Origin: Thermoprotei archaeon
GTDB lineage: Archaea > Thermoproteota > Thermoprotei > Thermoproteales > B15-G16
DNA length: 64,000 nt
NCBI GenBank assembly: GCA_003649205.1
Contig: QMRC01000004.1
Location: 32,001-96,000, forward strand
Direction of reading: 5' to 3'
Positions 10,624 to 19,651 of this stretch are shown here, in pieces (the first letter of the stretch is position 1; every line of letters begins with the position of its first letter). The position numbers and the translations under genes are program-made. Below the pieces are notes generated by a model that saw only the letters and a list, made by a program, of their open reading frames with translations, did not search any database and had not been told where the DNA came from.

Positions 10624-11375
10624 AGTTGGTACTGAGAAGCGATAGCGTTGAAGTATTTCGTAGATCTCATCTTAAGCAACTCTATGTGGAAGCTTACTTC
10701 CTGAGAAAGGTAGTTATGAGTAAGTTACCTGAACTCAGTAGTGAAGGTTATAGGAGAATGGATGTGAATGGGTGTATATTCGAAGTAAATCCATCAAGTG
10801 AAGTAGTGCTTAAGCTCTTGAAGAGTAGGCTCGAGAAGATTACTAGATTCACATCGCTGTTCACTAGAGCACTTGACATTATTGAGAAGGAGTTGGGTAG
10901 TGCTCGATCTAGTTCCTACGTATTGTTTCTACGTGATGACTTACTGGAGATACTGCTCTACGTTCTGACTCAAATACCTAATGTAATACCGTGTGATCTA
11001 CAGCCAAATGATGTTGAGGCTTTGAAAGTTCTCTACGATACTTCTCCAGAGGCGTGTGAGAGTGAAGATGCTATTAAACCCATTACTGAGCACATCAAGG
11101 GAGCTGCGGTTGGGGTAGAGAGGAGGGGTGTGGAACCTACTCACTACCGTGAAGTACGTGACGTAGATAGGAGTGAGGTAATGAGGTTGGTGGTTTACCT
11201 TGCTTGCAAGAGGTCCACTACTTTGAGTGAGTTACGGAGTAAATTTGATCAATCCCTAATCGATGAGGTACTAGCTATTGGTAGGTCTCTTGGAGTTCTC
11301 GAGGTTGAGGGTGAGAAAATTCGTGTTCGTGATGTGAATGAGCTAAAGAAGCTGATAAAACATCTGCTGAGGTAG
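10620..11375 (+). CDS. Hypothetical protein of pilus locus (coiled coil plus possible C-terminal wHTH)
   Basis: ATGA overlap with ATPase; shares motifs with 8047-9033. Confidence 0.65.
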   Translation: MKLVLRSDSVEVFRRSHLKQLYVEAYFLRKVVMSKLPELSSEGYRRMDVNGCIFEVNPSSEVVLKLLKSRLEKITRFTSLFTRALDIIEKELGSARSSSYVLFLRDDLLEILLYVLTQIPNVIPCDLQPNDVEALKVLYDTSPEACESEDAIKPITEHIKGAAVGVERRGVEPTHYREVRDVDRSEVMRLVVYLACKRSTTLSELRSKFDQSLIDEVLAIGRSLGVLEVEGEKIRVRDVNELKKLIKHLLR

Positions 11376-11380
11376 GGGTA

Positions 11381-11974
11381 ATGGTGTCTAGACGCAGGGG
11401 TCAGTTATCGATTGAGGCTATACTGATTACACTAGCTGTGTTAGTAGCTGCGTCTGTAGGTGCGTATGTGTATCTTAGGTACGTATCGAGGGGATTATCG
11501 GAGATAAACTTTCAAGCAATTAAGTTTAGTATTCAGATGCACTACAGCTGTAAGTACGTTGCTCTCTCTCCAAAGTACTTAGCAGTTAAGCTAATACTAA
11601 ACAAGGTACCGACAACACCTAGTATTCAGGCTTTCGTATTTACGATCTATGTAGTGGATTTGGAAACAGACTCAATACTCTACATAATTGACCTAAATTC
11701 AACAAGCATAGTGGGTCCGTGTAAGCTCTATACCATTGAGGAAGACTTCACAATACACTTCCTAAACGGTACAACTAGGTCGAGACACATGAAGGTTTAT
11801 GTGCTTGTTCCCCAGATGTCACCTGAAACAATAGATATTGTTCTAGATCTTGAGGCCTTGAAACCTATTCTTACTTCAGCTAGTAATCCTGCTATAGTTA
11901 CTTCGTTTTGGGTTGTGAGGGGTGGTGATCTATATGAGGTGGGTAGGTATGAGTACCCGGTTAAGGTCGTGTAG
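11381..11974 (+). CDS. Minor type IV pilin-like protein
   Basis: RRRG|QLSIE plus hydrophobic helix (class III signal, +5 Glu). Confidence 0.8.
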   Translation: MVSRRRGQLSIEAILITLAVLVAASVGAYVYLRYVSRGLSEINFQAIKFSIQMHYSCKYVALSPKYLAVKLILNKVPTTPSIQAFVFTIYVVDLETDSILYIIDLNSTSIVGPCKLYTIEEDFTIHFLNGTTRSRHMKVYVLVPQMSPETIDIVLDLEALKPILTSASNPAIVTSFWVVRGGDLYEVGRYEYPVKVV

Positions 11975-13712
11975 TAGGGTTAAGAGGTATGGGCAAGCTG
12001 TAACGGCACTAATACTTATGATAGCTTTCATCGTGTCTATAGTGGCTTTGACAACCTACATGCTAACGTACATGAGGACTATACAGGGAGCTATTGAGGC
12101 TAGAGGTCAGGAGCAAATACTTGAGCAACAGGAAAAGCTAATTGTGAATGTGACTGCTGATGGTGTTATGGAGTTGTACACAAATTCAACACCTATACAC
12201 CTAGTCAGGATCTGGATTAAGAACAAGGATACAGGTGAAGTTAAGTCCTACACCTTAACTGTCGATAGCGACTTAACAGCTCTCTTCGACGAGGTGCTAG
12301 ATGAAGTAACGGTTAAGGCTGGAAGCGCATCCATAACCATAACATCAGGTAGCTGTGAAGAACTTAAGAAGTATGCACTACTCACGTTAGGTATCGTACT
12401 CGAGTTACACTTCAAGACGGATCTAGTGGGTAAGGTACAGGTAGCTTTTGAATCCTATAGAAAGTTCTATGGTTGGTACGATCTAGAGTACAGACCACTG
12501 ACTGGAGAGTACATGTTAACTACAACACCTGGTCTCGCAGGTAGTATACTTAGCATAACATTTAGCGACATAGTAGTACCCAAAGATCTGGACAAGTACT
12601 TTGAGATGTTAGATGAGAATGACGATCCAGAAGGTGGTCGGAAAGCATTTGAGGAGAGCGGTATTGAGGGTTGTGAGGGTTATGTTCTGGAGCAACAAGC
12701 ACTACTAGATGACCCTGGTACTGGAAAGTACTATCAAATTGAGGTCTACAGAGAGCATCAATATGCAGTTCCCTACTCAGTGCTAGCTATAGGTAATGAC
12801 TTGAGGTATGGTGGAAAGGTGATTGTGTTAGGTATTGGAACTGGACCATCCTCGTCCGGCCCAGCGCATATAACCAATGTTAAGGTATATGTAGTAGCAC
12901 CAGATGGAGCGCAGTACCTTTACACGCTTGAAACTGGTGAGAAGATCGTAATTCGTGGATTTAGAGGCACAATCAAGGTATTTCCATCAATGAATTACGA
13001 AGTTGATAAAGAGGGTAAGAACATAACGGCAGTATGCGCAATGTTCTTTTACAAATACTACAGAGATGAGAGCACTACCTATGACGAAGCGGCAATATGC
13101 ATCACAGGTAGAGCTAAGGTAATCGAGGTGTACAAGCATGTGTACAAGGAGTACACAGGTTATAGAAACTACATGTTTGTAGGTGACTTCGACGGTAATG
13201 GTCTCAATGAGATAGTCTTCAATACAATACATATCTGGTATGGTGGGAAGAGCACAAAGGGTAATGATTGGGATGCAAACATTCACAGAGACGAGAAGTC
13301 CGTAACTGAGTTGAAGTTGGTGCTGAAGGACTATGGCGGTAAACCGTACATTACAGGCGCTAAGTTCATTACCGTGTACATAAAGTTCTACTTCCTCGAT
13401 AATGCAGGTGATGACTGGGATGAGCTAGATGCTAATGAGTGGATATTCTTCGTAGCACTCTACGAGGTGACGTCTGATGGGAAGTACGTTGAGTACATGA
13501 GGAAGGAGTGGAAGTATCAGCAACTAATGACACTTGAAGATACTTACCCACCAAGTATGTCATCGATAACCGAATCAGCATCATTCCCATGCGATCCAAA
13601 TAAGAAGTATGTCGTTGTTGTAGGTATTCAAGATCCATATGGTAATGATAGTTTAGGTGATGCTGACATAGTCATAGGTATAGAGTACCTAGGTATAACG
13701 TACTACGTCTAG
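11922..13712 (+). CDS. Large pilin-like adhesin
   Basis: KRYG|QAVTALIL signal, long acidic beta-rich body, GDFDGNGLNE motif. True start probably ATG 11949. Confidence 0.7.
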   Translation: MVIYMRWVGMSTRLRSCSRVKRYGQAVTALILMIAFIVSIVALTTYMLTYMRTIQGAIEARGQEQILEQQEKLIVNVTADGVMELYTNSTPIHLVRIWIKNKDTGEVKSYTLTVDSDLTALFDEVLDEVTVKAGSASITITSGSCEELKKYALLTLGIVLELHFKTDLVGKVQVAFESYRKFYGWYDLEYRPLTGEYMLTTTPGLAGSILSITFSDIVVPKDLDKYFEMLDENDDPEGGRKAFEESGIEGCEGYVLEQQALLDDPGTGKYYQIEVYREHQYAVPYSVLAIGNDLRYGGKVIVLGIGTGPSSSGPAHITNVKVYVVAPDGAQYLYTLETGEKIVIRGFRGTIKVFPSMNYEVDKEGKNITAVCAMFFYKYYRDESTTYDEAAICITGRAKVIEVYKHVYKEYTGYRNYMFVGDFDGNGLNEIVFNTIHIWYGGKSTKGNDWDANIHRDEKSVTELKLVLKDYGGKPYITGAKFITVYIKFYFLDNAGDDWDELDANEWIFFVALYEVTSDGKYVEYMRKEWKYQQLMTLEDTYPPSMSSITESASFPCDPNKKYVVVVGIQDPYGNDSLGDADIVIGIEYLGITYYV

Positions 13713-13724
13713 AGCAGCATCTCG

Positions 13725-15410
13725 GTGATGTGGATGAGAGGGGTTGATAGCTCGAGAATAGCTAAATTGCTACTCATACTACTTCTACTCACGTTAACAA
13801 CATCGTTAACACCGGTACTACCACAGGAACGTAAGGAAGTAGCAAAACCTGAGAGTGAATGGAGTTGGAGGTCTGTAATCTACAACATAAACGGTACGTA
13901 TGTGGAGATCAGCCTAAAACTACCATATTACCTACACTACGGCTGTACTTACAAAGTACCTGTAAGGTTGAGAATACTTAAGATTCCTAAGCACGTAGCT
14001 GAGGTAAAGATACTAGGTATTGTACTCTGGATAAGTGAGCTAAGAATCGAGTATCCACTAAAGGAGCCAATAACAGCTAGTGAAGCTGGTAGTGAATACG
14101 AGTTCACAATAGACCTACCCATAATGTACCTAGTACTGAGTTACCCACCTGGAACAGTAGTCTTCGAGAAACTCTACGTAGTACCTCTCTTCGAGCTCAA
14201 GCTAGAGGAAGGTACGGAGGTTACTGAGCAAGAGATATCCGTTGAGCCGAAGTACATAAACATTGCGATAGCTACCCTACCAGCGAACCTAGTTGTTAAT
14301 GCATCAACGAAATTTATCTACTTAAGTGAGGAGAGGAAGTACTACTGCTACGTAACCCTAAACATATCGAATGTCAATGCTAGAGAACGCTTCGATAATG
14401 TCAGGGTAGTTGTAAATGAGAAAGAAGGTAAGTACAAGCTAGATATAGCAGCTAGAGAGCTAGTACTTGGGTCACTAGACGTGAATGAAAGTAAGTCAAT
14501 AGCGTTTCTCATAAACCTAACATTGGTACCAAGTGATTACCTAGGGAAGGAGATCTACATAACGATAGATGTACAGGCAAGACACATGAGTGGTTACGTA
14601 ATGCACTACTACTTCGACTTACCTATCAAGATAAAGAAGAGACGTGAAGTAAGTGTTGCGCTACCTGCAACGAATCTCGTGCTAGGTATGCCGTATAGTG
14701 TAACGATATCGACAACACCACTAGAGAAAGGTGAGAGAGTACAGCTACAGATTAGGGAGAATGGTAAGGTAGTAGCATCGTACACCATCACGTCAACTAC
14801 ACAGGCAATTACCTACATCCCTAGAACTACAGGTGAAGTTAGACTAGACTTCGTACTATCTGAAACACCTGAGTACGCGAGTGCCCTGTGGACGACAAAG
14901 ATCTACGTAGCTGAGATACCACCTAAGGTAACTACGTACGTAGCGGTAAGCGATAACACTGTAACAGTACATGGATCAGCAACGCCGTACTACGGTGGTG
15001 GTTTCAGCGTGAAAGTAGTAGACAGCAGGACAGGTACAGTAGTCTACAGCAAGTTCATACCAGATACAGAGGTCCGTAAGGTAACTAAGACCATTGAGTT
15101 CGCTGAGAAGAAGTTCCTCTGCACCTCTGGATCATTTACACATACATTCACACTCAATAGAGGTACCTACATACTGGAGGTAACTCATAGAGGCGTTACA
15201 GCTAGATACACATTCACCGTAGTGAAAGCACGTGGACTACTACCGTTCAAGATACCAATTATTAGCGAACTAGGACCAGAGTATGAGCTACTGTTCCTAC
15301 TAGTAATTGCCATTACAGTAATACTGCTGATCTACGTACTAGTGGTGCTAAGAGCTAAAAAGAGAGGGAGACCTGGTACAGAGGCTGGGTATGGCGTAGC
15401 TACGCTCTAG
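13725..15410 (+). CDS. Secreted surface protein with C-terminal membrane anchor
   Basis: N-terminal signal peptide, beta-rich body, C-terminal TM followed by RAKKRGR. Confidence 0.7.
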   Translation: MMWMRGVDSSRIAKLLLILLLLTLTTSLTPVLPQERKEVAKPESEWSWRSVIYNINGTYVEISLKLPYYLHYGCTYKVPVRLRILKIPKHVAEVKILGIVLWISELRIEYPLKEPITASEAGSEYEFTIDLPIMYLVLSYPPGTVVFEKLYVVPLFELKLEEGTEVTEQEISVEPKYINIAIATLPANLVVNASTKFIYLSEERKYYCYVTLNISNVNARERFDNVRVVVNEKEGKYKLDIAARELVLGSLDVNESKSIAFLINLTLVPSDYLGKEIYITIDVQARHMSGYVMHYYFDLPIKIKKRREVSVALPATNLVLGMPYSVTISTTPLEKGERVQLQIRENGKVVASYTITSTTQAITYIPRTTGEVRLDFVLSETPEYASALWTTKIYVAEIPPKVTTYVAVSDNTVTVHGSATPYYGGGFSVKVVDSRTGTVVYSKFIPDTEVRKVTKTIEFAEKKFLCTSGSFTHTFTLNRGTYILEVTHRGVTARYTFTVVKARGLLPFKIPIISELGPEYELLFLLVIAITVILLIYVLVVLRAKKRGRPGTEAGYGVATL

Positions 15411-15417
15411 TATACAC

Positions 15418-16830
15418 CTACTCAATGAAGGGTTCTAATTTCGCTGGTACATACTTTATCAATGGTATTAGATCTCTTGGTATTGGCTTGTAACCCCATA
15501 GATCTAGTGCTTCCTTGAGTTCAGGTACCTGCTTAGCGTACTCCCTCAAGTCTATACCCTTTAGTATAGCCTCTAGTGCTGCTCTAGCGGCTACTGCACC
15601 TGCTCTCGTACCTCTTGGATGACCGTGAATTCCACCACCCATATTACACACTACGTCAGGTCCTAGCAGTAGTACGTTCCAGTGCAGATTACCTGGGTGT
15701 ATCCCACCTGATGCTACTGGCATGGTGCTCTTCAGGTGTAACCAAGGCTTTGTTAATGATAGGTTTATTCTCTGGATCTCGGTTATGACACCGTGCATCT
15801 TACCTGCTGCAGTGCCTGTATGTAGTTGGTCACCACCTGCTAACCTAACTAACTTAGCTATTACCATCATTGTTATTCCATGTTTTGGATTTCTCGTAAA
15901 TGCTGCGTGCCCTGCTCTATGACAGTGTATTACTACCTTTCCTCTAACTGATGGGTCTTCAGCTACCATTCTGAGCGTGTCTAGTCCAGCCCATATGAAG
16001 TCAATCATTATGCAGTTAGCTCCGTGCTGAATTGCCCTATCAGCTAGCTCAAGTATCTTGTCAGGTCTAGCTGTTACATTTATTGCATAGAGTACTCTCC
16101 TTCCTGTTTCCGACTTCACTCTATCAAGTGCCTCAGCTGCTAATGAAGCTCTCTCCTCAATTCTACTGTATGGTGGATTTACAAGTAGCTCATCGTCCTT
16201 CACGAAGTCAACTCCACCAATAGCTGCATTGTACACCACATCTATATGTTCCTTAGCTGGTAAGCCGTAGTCAGGTTTCACGATGGTACCTAAGTGTGGT
16301 CTCCTGCTCTTCTCAGTACCTACGAACTTCCTAACACCTTCAACACCAAATGCCGGTCCCTTGAACGACTTGACAAATTCCTTAGGTAAGTACACATCGA
16401 GTAGCCTTACGTTTGCTAGATCACCTATGCCGAAGAGATTTCCAGCTATGTGGACCATTAGCTGTGTTAGACCGAGGGTGTCTGGATCAAACGTATCTAC
16501 AGGCCAAGCTATGTCAACAATCCCTGCATTGAGGTCAGGTATCTTGAGTACGGTTATTACTTTAGCTGCGTACTTCTTTCTGACTTCAGGGGTTTCCTTC
16601 TCAACAGGTGTCCAAGTGCCTGTACTCTGCTCAGCCGCTATGTGCTCAGCTGCTAGGTCGAGAGCTATACCCTCTTTCGGCTCTACGTAGTACCTAGCAA
16701 TTACGTACTTATCTGGATCAACGAGTATTGTGCTTTCCCAAGTTTCTCTAAGTCTCATTTCATCGGTAAAGTACATCCACATTGCATGTTGGTCAAAGTG
16801 CTCGATTACTCCCTTCTTAGTGATGGTCAT
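15418..16830 (-). CDS. rbcL: Form III-like RuBisCO large subunit (Lys177 site is Asp)
   Basis: AAEQSTGTW, AGNLFG, GTIVKPDYG, DFVKDDE, HCHRAGH, HTGTAAGKM, PVASGG, GGGIHGHP. Confidence 0.88.
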   Translation of the reverse strand: MTITKKGVIEHFDQHAMWMYFTDEMRLRETWESTILVDPDKYVIARYYVEPKEGIALDLAAEHIAAEQSTGTWTPVEKETPEVRKKYAAKVITVLKIPDLNAGIVDIAWPVDTFDPDTLGLTQLMVHIAGNLFGIGDLANVRLLDVYLPKEFVKSFKGPAFGVEGVRKFVGTEKSRRPHLGTIVKPDYGLPAKEHIDVVYNAAIGGVDFVKDDELLVNPPYSRIEERASLAAEALDRVKSETGRRVLYAINVTARPDKILELADRAIQHGANCIMIDFIWAGLDTLRMVAEDPSVRGKVVIHCHRAGHAAFTRNPKHGITMMVIAKLVRLAGGDQLHTGTAAGKMHGVITEIQRINLSLTKPWLHLKSTMPVASGGIHPGNLHWNVLLLGPDVVCNMGGGIHGHPRGTRAGAVAARAALEAILKGIDLREYAKQVPELKEALDLWGYKPIPRDLIPLIKYVPAKLEPFIE

Positions 16831-16885
16831 ATGCTTGACCCTCAGTACCTAGTCTTACCTCTAAAAGACTCAAGAATTTTTCTCT

Positions 16886-17893
16886 CTATTCCCTATCGTC
16901 TTCTAGCTCCTTACTCAACTTCATTACCTTCTCCTGTATTGCCCAACCGTAGTGCTCTCTGAGAATTAGTATTGCTGCTTGTGGCGGTATTACTCCGTAC
17001 TCGGTGATTATTGCTGTTATGTATTCTGGTGGTGTGACGTCAAACGATGGATTTCTAACGGTAATCCTCGGGTTTCTCTTCAGGTAGTCTTCTGGTACTA
17101 CCTCTGTCGGGTCTCTCTCCTCGATGATAACTAGCTCACCTGTTACGGTTGCTGGGCTGAACTTATAGGTTTCTGCAGCTACGTAGAAGGGTACACCTGC
17201 TTCCTTAGCTGCTAGTGCTATCAGCGATGTACCTACCTTATTTATCACAGCTCCGTTAGCTGCTACAGTATCGGCACCTACAACAACTTTCGTTATCTTC
17301 TTCATGAAGTACCTAACAGCTGAGTCAGGTATCAGGTGAACTCTCAATCCAGCTTCTATCAACCACTGTGTTGTTATGTAGCCTTGAAACTTAGGTCTTG
17401 TCTCAGTTGCGTAGACTCCAATTCTCTTACCCTCTCTATGAGCTTGAACTATGACTGCAACAGCTGCTGCGGAGTTGCAATGTGTAAGCACTACATCACC
17501 ATCCTCAATCAACTTAGCACCTATCTCACCTATCTTCTTTGTTGCCTCTTCACTATACTTAATGAACTCGGTTGCTGCCTTGATAACCACATCAATTAGC
17601 TCGCTCGTGGATTTACCCTGTTCATATGCTGTCTTGAGTCTATACATGACGTAGGCTATTGCGTTTGGTAGTGAGACAGCTGTTGGTCTAGTACTGAGCA
17701 GTATGTTGCTGCAGTACTCCATGTACTTCATGAGCTCGTTCCTGTCACTGATACTGCACTTCTCAGCTGCGATCATGAGTGCTCTCGCAGCTGCTCTAGC
17801 AATTCTACCTGCACCACGTACTCTCATCGACCTTATGTCATCCGCTATCTTTAGAACCTCACTCGGTACCTCAAACCTTCTCTCAACACCCAT
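16886..17893 (-). CDS. Ribose-1,5-bisphosphate isomerase (eIF2B-like family)
   Basis: VRGAGRIA, TRPTAVSL, LTHCNS (catalytic Cys), VGAD (catalytic Asp), NKVGT; next to RuBisCO. Confidence 0.88.
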   Translation of the reverse strand: MGVERRFEVPSEVLKIADDIRSMRVRGAGRIARAAARALMIAAEKCSISDRNELMKYMEYCSNILLSTRPTAVSLPNAIAYVMYRLKTAYEQGKSTSELIDVVIKAATEFIKYSEEATKKIGEIGAKLIEDGDVVLTHCNSAAAVAVIVQAHREGKRIGVYATETRPKFQGYITTQWLIEAGLRVHLIPDSAVRYFMKKITKVVVGADTVAANGAVINKVGTSLIALAAKEAGVPFYVAAETYKFSPATVTGELVIIEERDPTEVVPEDYLKRNPRITVRNPSFDVTPPEYITAIITEYGVIPPQAAILILREHYGWAIQEKVMKLSKELEDDRE

Positions 17894-18860
17894 ACTTCCT
17901 CAACTCCTCAAGCAATGTGAAGATCTCCTCAAATCTCCTAGGTGGCCAACCATATAGTTCACGAACAATGAATATTATGGCTTGTGGTGCAACTAGTCCT
18001 CTCTCGGTAATTATCGCGTCGATGTACTCCGGTGGTGTGACGTCGTACAGTGGTGCATGTACCTCAACCTTACCTGCCCACATACTCAACTTCTCAGGAG
18101 GTATGAATGACTCTGGTCTCTTCTCAGCAATTTTCACTAATTCACCAAATACAGTTTCTGGACTTATCTTCCAGGTAATAGCTGCTACGAAGACTCTAAC
18201 TCTTGCTTCGTGTGCAGCTAGCGCGATCTGTGAGGTACCTACCTTATTTATCACAGCACCATTAGCGGCAACGGCTTCACTACCAATAAGGACCTTATCT
18301 ACCTCCTTCATGAAGTACCTAGCCGCTGAGTCAACTATGAGCACGGTCTCGATACCTAGTGACGCTATGTCCTCAGCCATCTTATGACCTTCATTCCCTG
18401 GTCTAGACTCAGTGACTATGACTCTAATTCTCTTACCTTCAGACACTATGTACTTCATTGCCTCGAGGACAACCCTGCTGTATGAGTGAGTCATTATCGT
18501 ATCTCCATCCTCAACCCTCTTAGCCATGAATTGAGCTACTAAGGTATTCGCATTCTCTATGTTGTTGATGAGGTTCTGCACCGTACTCAGTATGGTATTC
18601 CTGACTTCACTTAACCCCCTACCCTCTCTGAGGGTAGTTAGCGTAGCTCTAACAACTTCCCTAATACCGTTTAGTAGTAGTGCTGATGTTGGTCTTGCCT
18701 CAATAGCTAACTTCGAGAATGTATAGAGTTCACGTACAAGATCCGTGATCTCTCTAGCCTTCATCGCAATTTCTCTAGTAACATTCATTACTGTGTGAAA
18801 CGCATCAGTAGCGCTGTAGATATTGAGCTTTAAGTCTTCGATAATCCTCCCGTACGACAT
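17883..18860 (-). CDS. eIF2B/R15P-isomerase paralogue with altered catalytic residues
   Basis: Clear homologue of neighbour (RPTS, ESRP, AANGAVINKVGTS, DVTPPEYI) but THSYS and GSE. Confidence 0.8.
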   Translation of the reverse strand: MSYGRIIEDLKLNIYSATDAFHTVMNVTREIAMKAREITDLVRELYTFSKLAIEARPTSALLLNGIREVVRATLTTLREGRGLSEVRNTILSTVQNLINNIENANTLVAQFMAKRVEDGDTIMTHSYSRVVLEAMKYIVSEGKRIRVIVTESRPGNEGHKMAEDIASLGIETVLIVDSAARYFMKEVDKVLIGSEAVAANGAVINKVGTSQIALAAHEARVRVFVAAITWKISPETVFGELVKIAEKRPESFIPPEKLSMWAGKVEVHAPLYDVTPPEYIDAIITERGLVAPQAIIFIVRELYGWPPRRFEEIFTLLEELRKYGC

Positions 18861-18928
18861 AGGTCTCCACTATACATGGGTTGTATTTAAGTTTGGGTTC
18901 GTCGTATCTAATTATAAGGGTCTTACCC

Positions 18929-19651
18929 ATGAAGCGGATCAAGATAGTGCTCGAGAACCTACCTGAAAGTGATGATCTAATCTTCATAACTGGTTTTCAC
19001 GGTATAGGTTACGTTGGGTTTCTAGCAACTAGGTACTTAGTGACTACGCTTAAGGCTAAGAAAATAGGGTACGTTGAGACTAGTATAGAACCGCTCTTCA
19101 CTTCATCAACTCAAAGTGGTGGTGTGTATGTACCTTTCGAGATATATTGTTTTGAGAATATGGTGTTCTTCTGTGCTAATTATGGATTCACTAGTAGAGT
19201 TGAGTTGAGGGTTCTTGATTACATTGCTAAGTGGGTTTCATCAATGCCCTTTACCTGTGCTATAATGTTTGGTGGTTTAGATAGTCGATTGAGGAAGTCT
19301 CAAGATGTTGATCTTAGGTTAGCTGCGACAAGTGAATTCATTAGGAGATTTAGGGATTGGATTAGAGCACCACTTCTTGAGGAGGGTCTATGGATTGTGG
19401 GTCCACTTGCTCGTTTACTTGTTAGATTTGAGGAGTACTTGTTCCCTGCTGTAGCTATACTACCGTACGCAGAGATTATGAGACCGGATCCCTATGCAGC
19501 TTCAGTAGGTATAAGTTACCTGAAGGATATACTGAAGATAGAGGTCGATCTATCTAAGCTACTTGAGTCCGCTGAGGCTATTGAGCGTGAAATTGAGGAG
19601 CTTAAGAAGCGTTGGGAGAGATTGCAGACGGAGAAGATGACGTACATGTAG
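18929..19651 (+). CDS. PAC2-family proteasome assembly chaperone-like protein
   Basis: TGFHGIGYVGFLA, GGLD, IVGPLA, PDPYAA. Confidence 0.85.
   Translation: MKRIKIVLENLPESDDLIFITGFHGIGYVGFLATRYLVTTLKAKKIGYVETSIEPLFTSSTQSGGVYVPFEIYCFENMVFFCANYGFTSRVELRVLDYIAKWVSSMPFTCAIMFGGLDSRLRKSQDVDLRLAATSEFIRRFRDWIRAPLLEEGLWIVGPLARLLVRFEEYLFPAVAILPYAEIMRPDPYAASVGISYLKDILKIEVDLSKLLESAEAIEREIEELKKRWERLQTEKMTYM

Noticed and set aside
5276-15410. Archaellum operon
   Set aside because: No ArlH-like gene or recognisable archaellin motif in the locus; better read as a type IV pilus.
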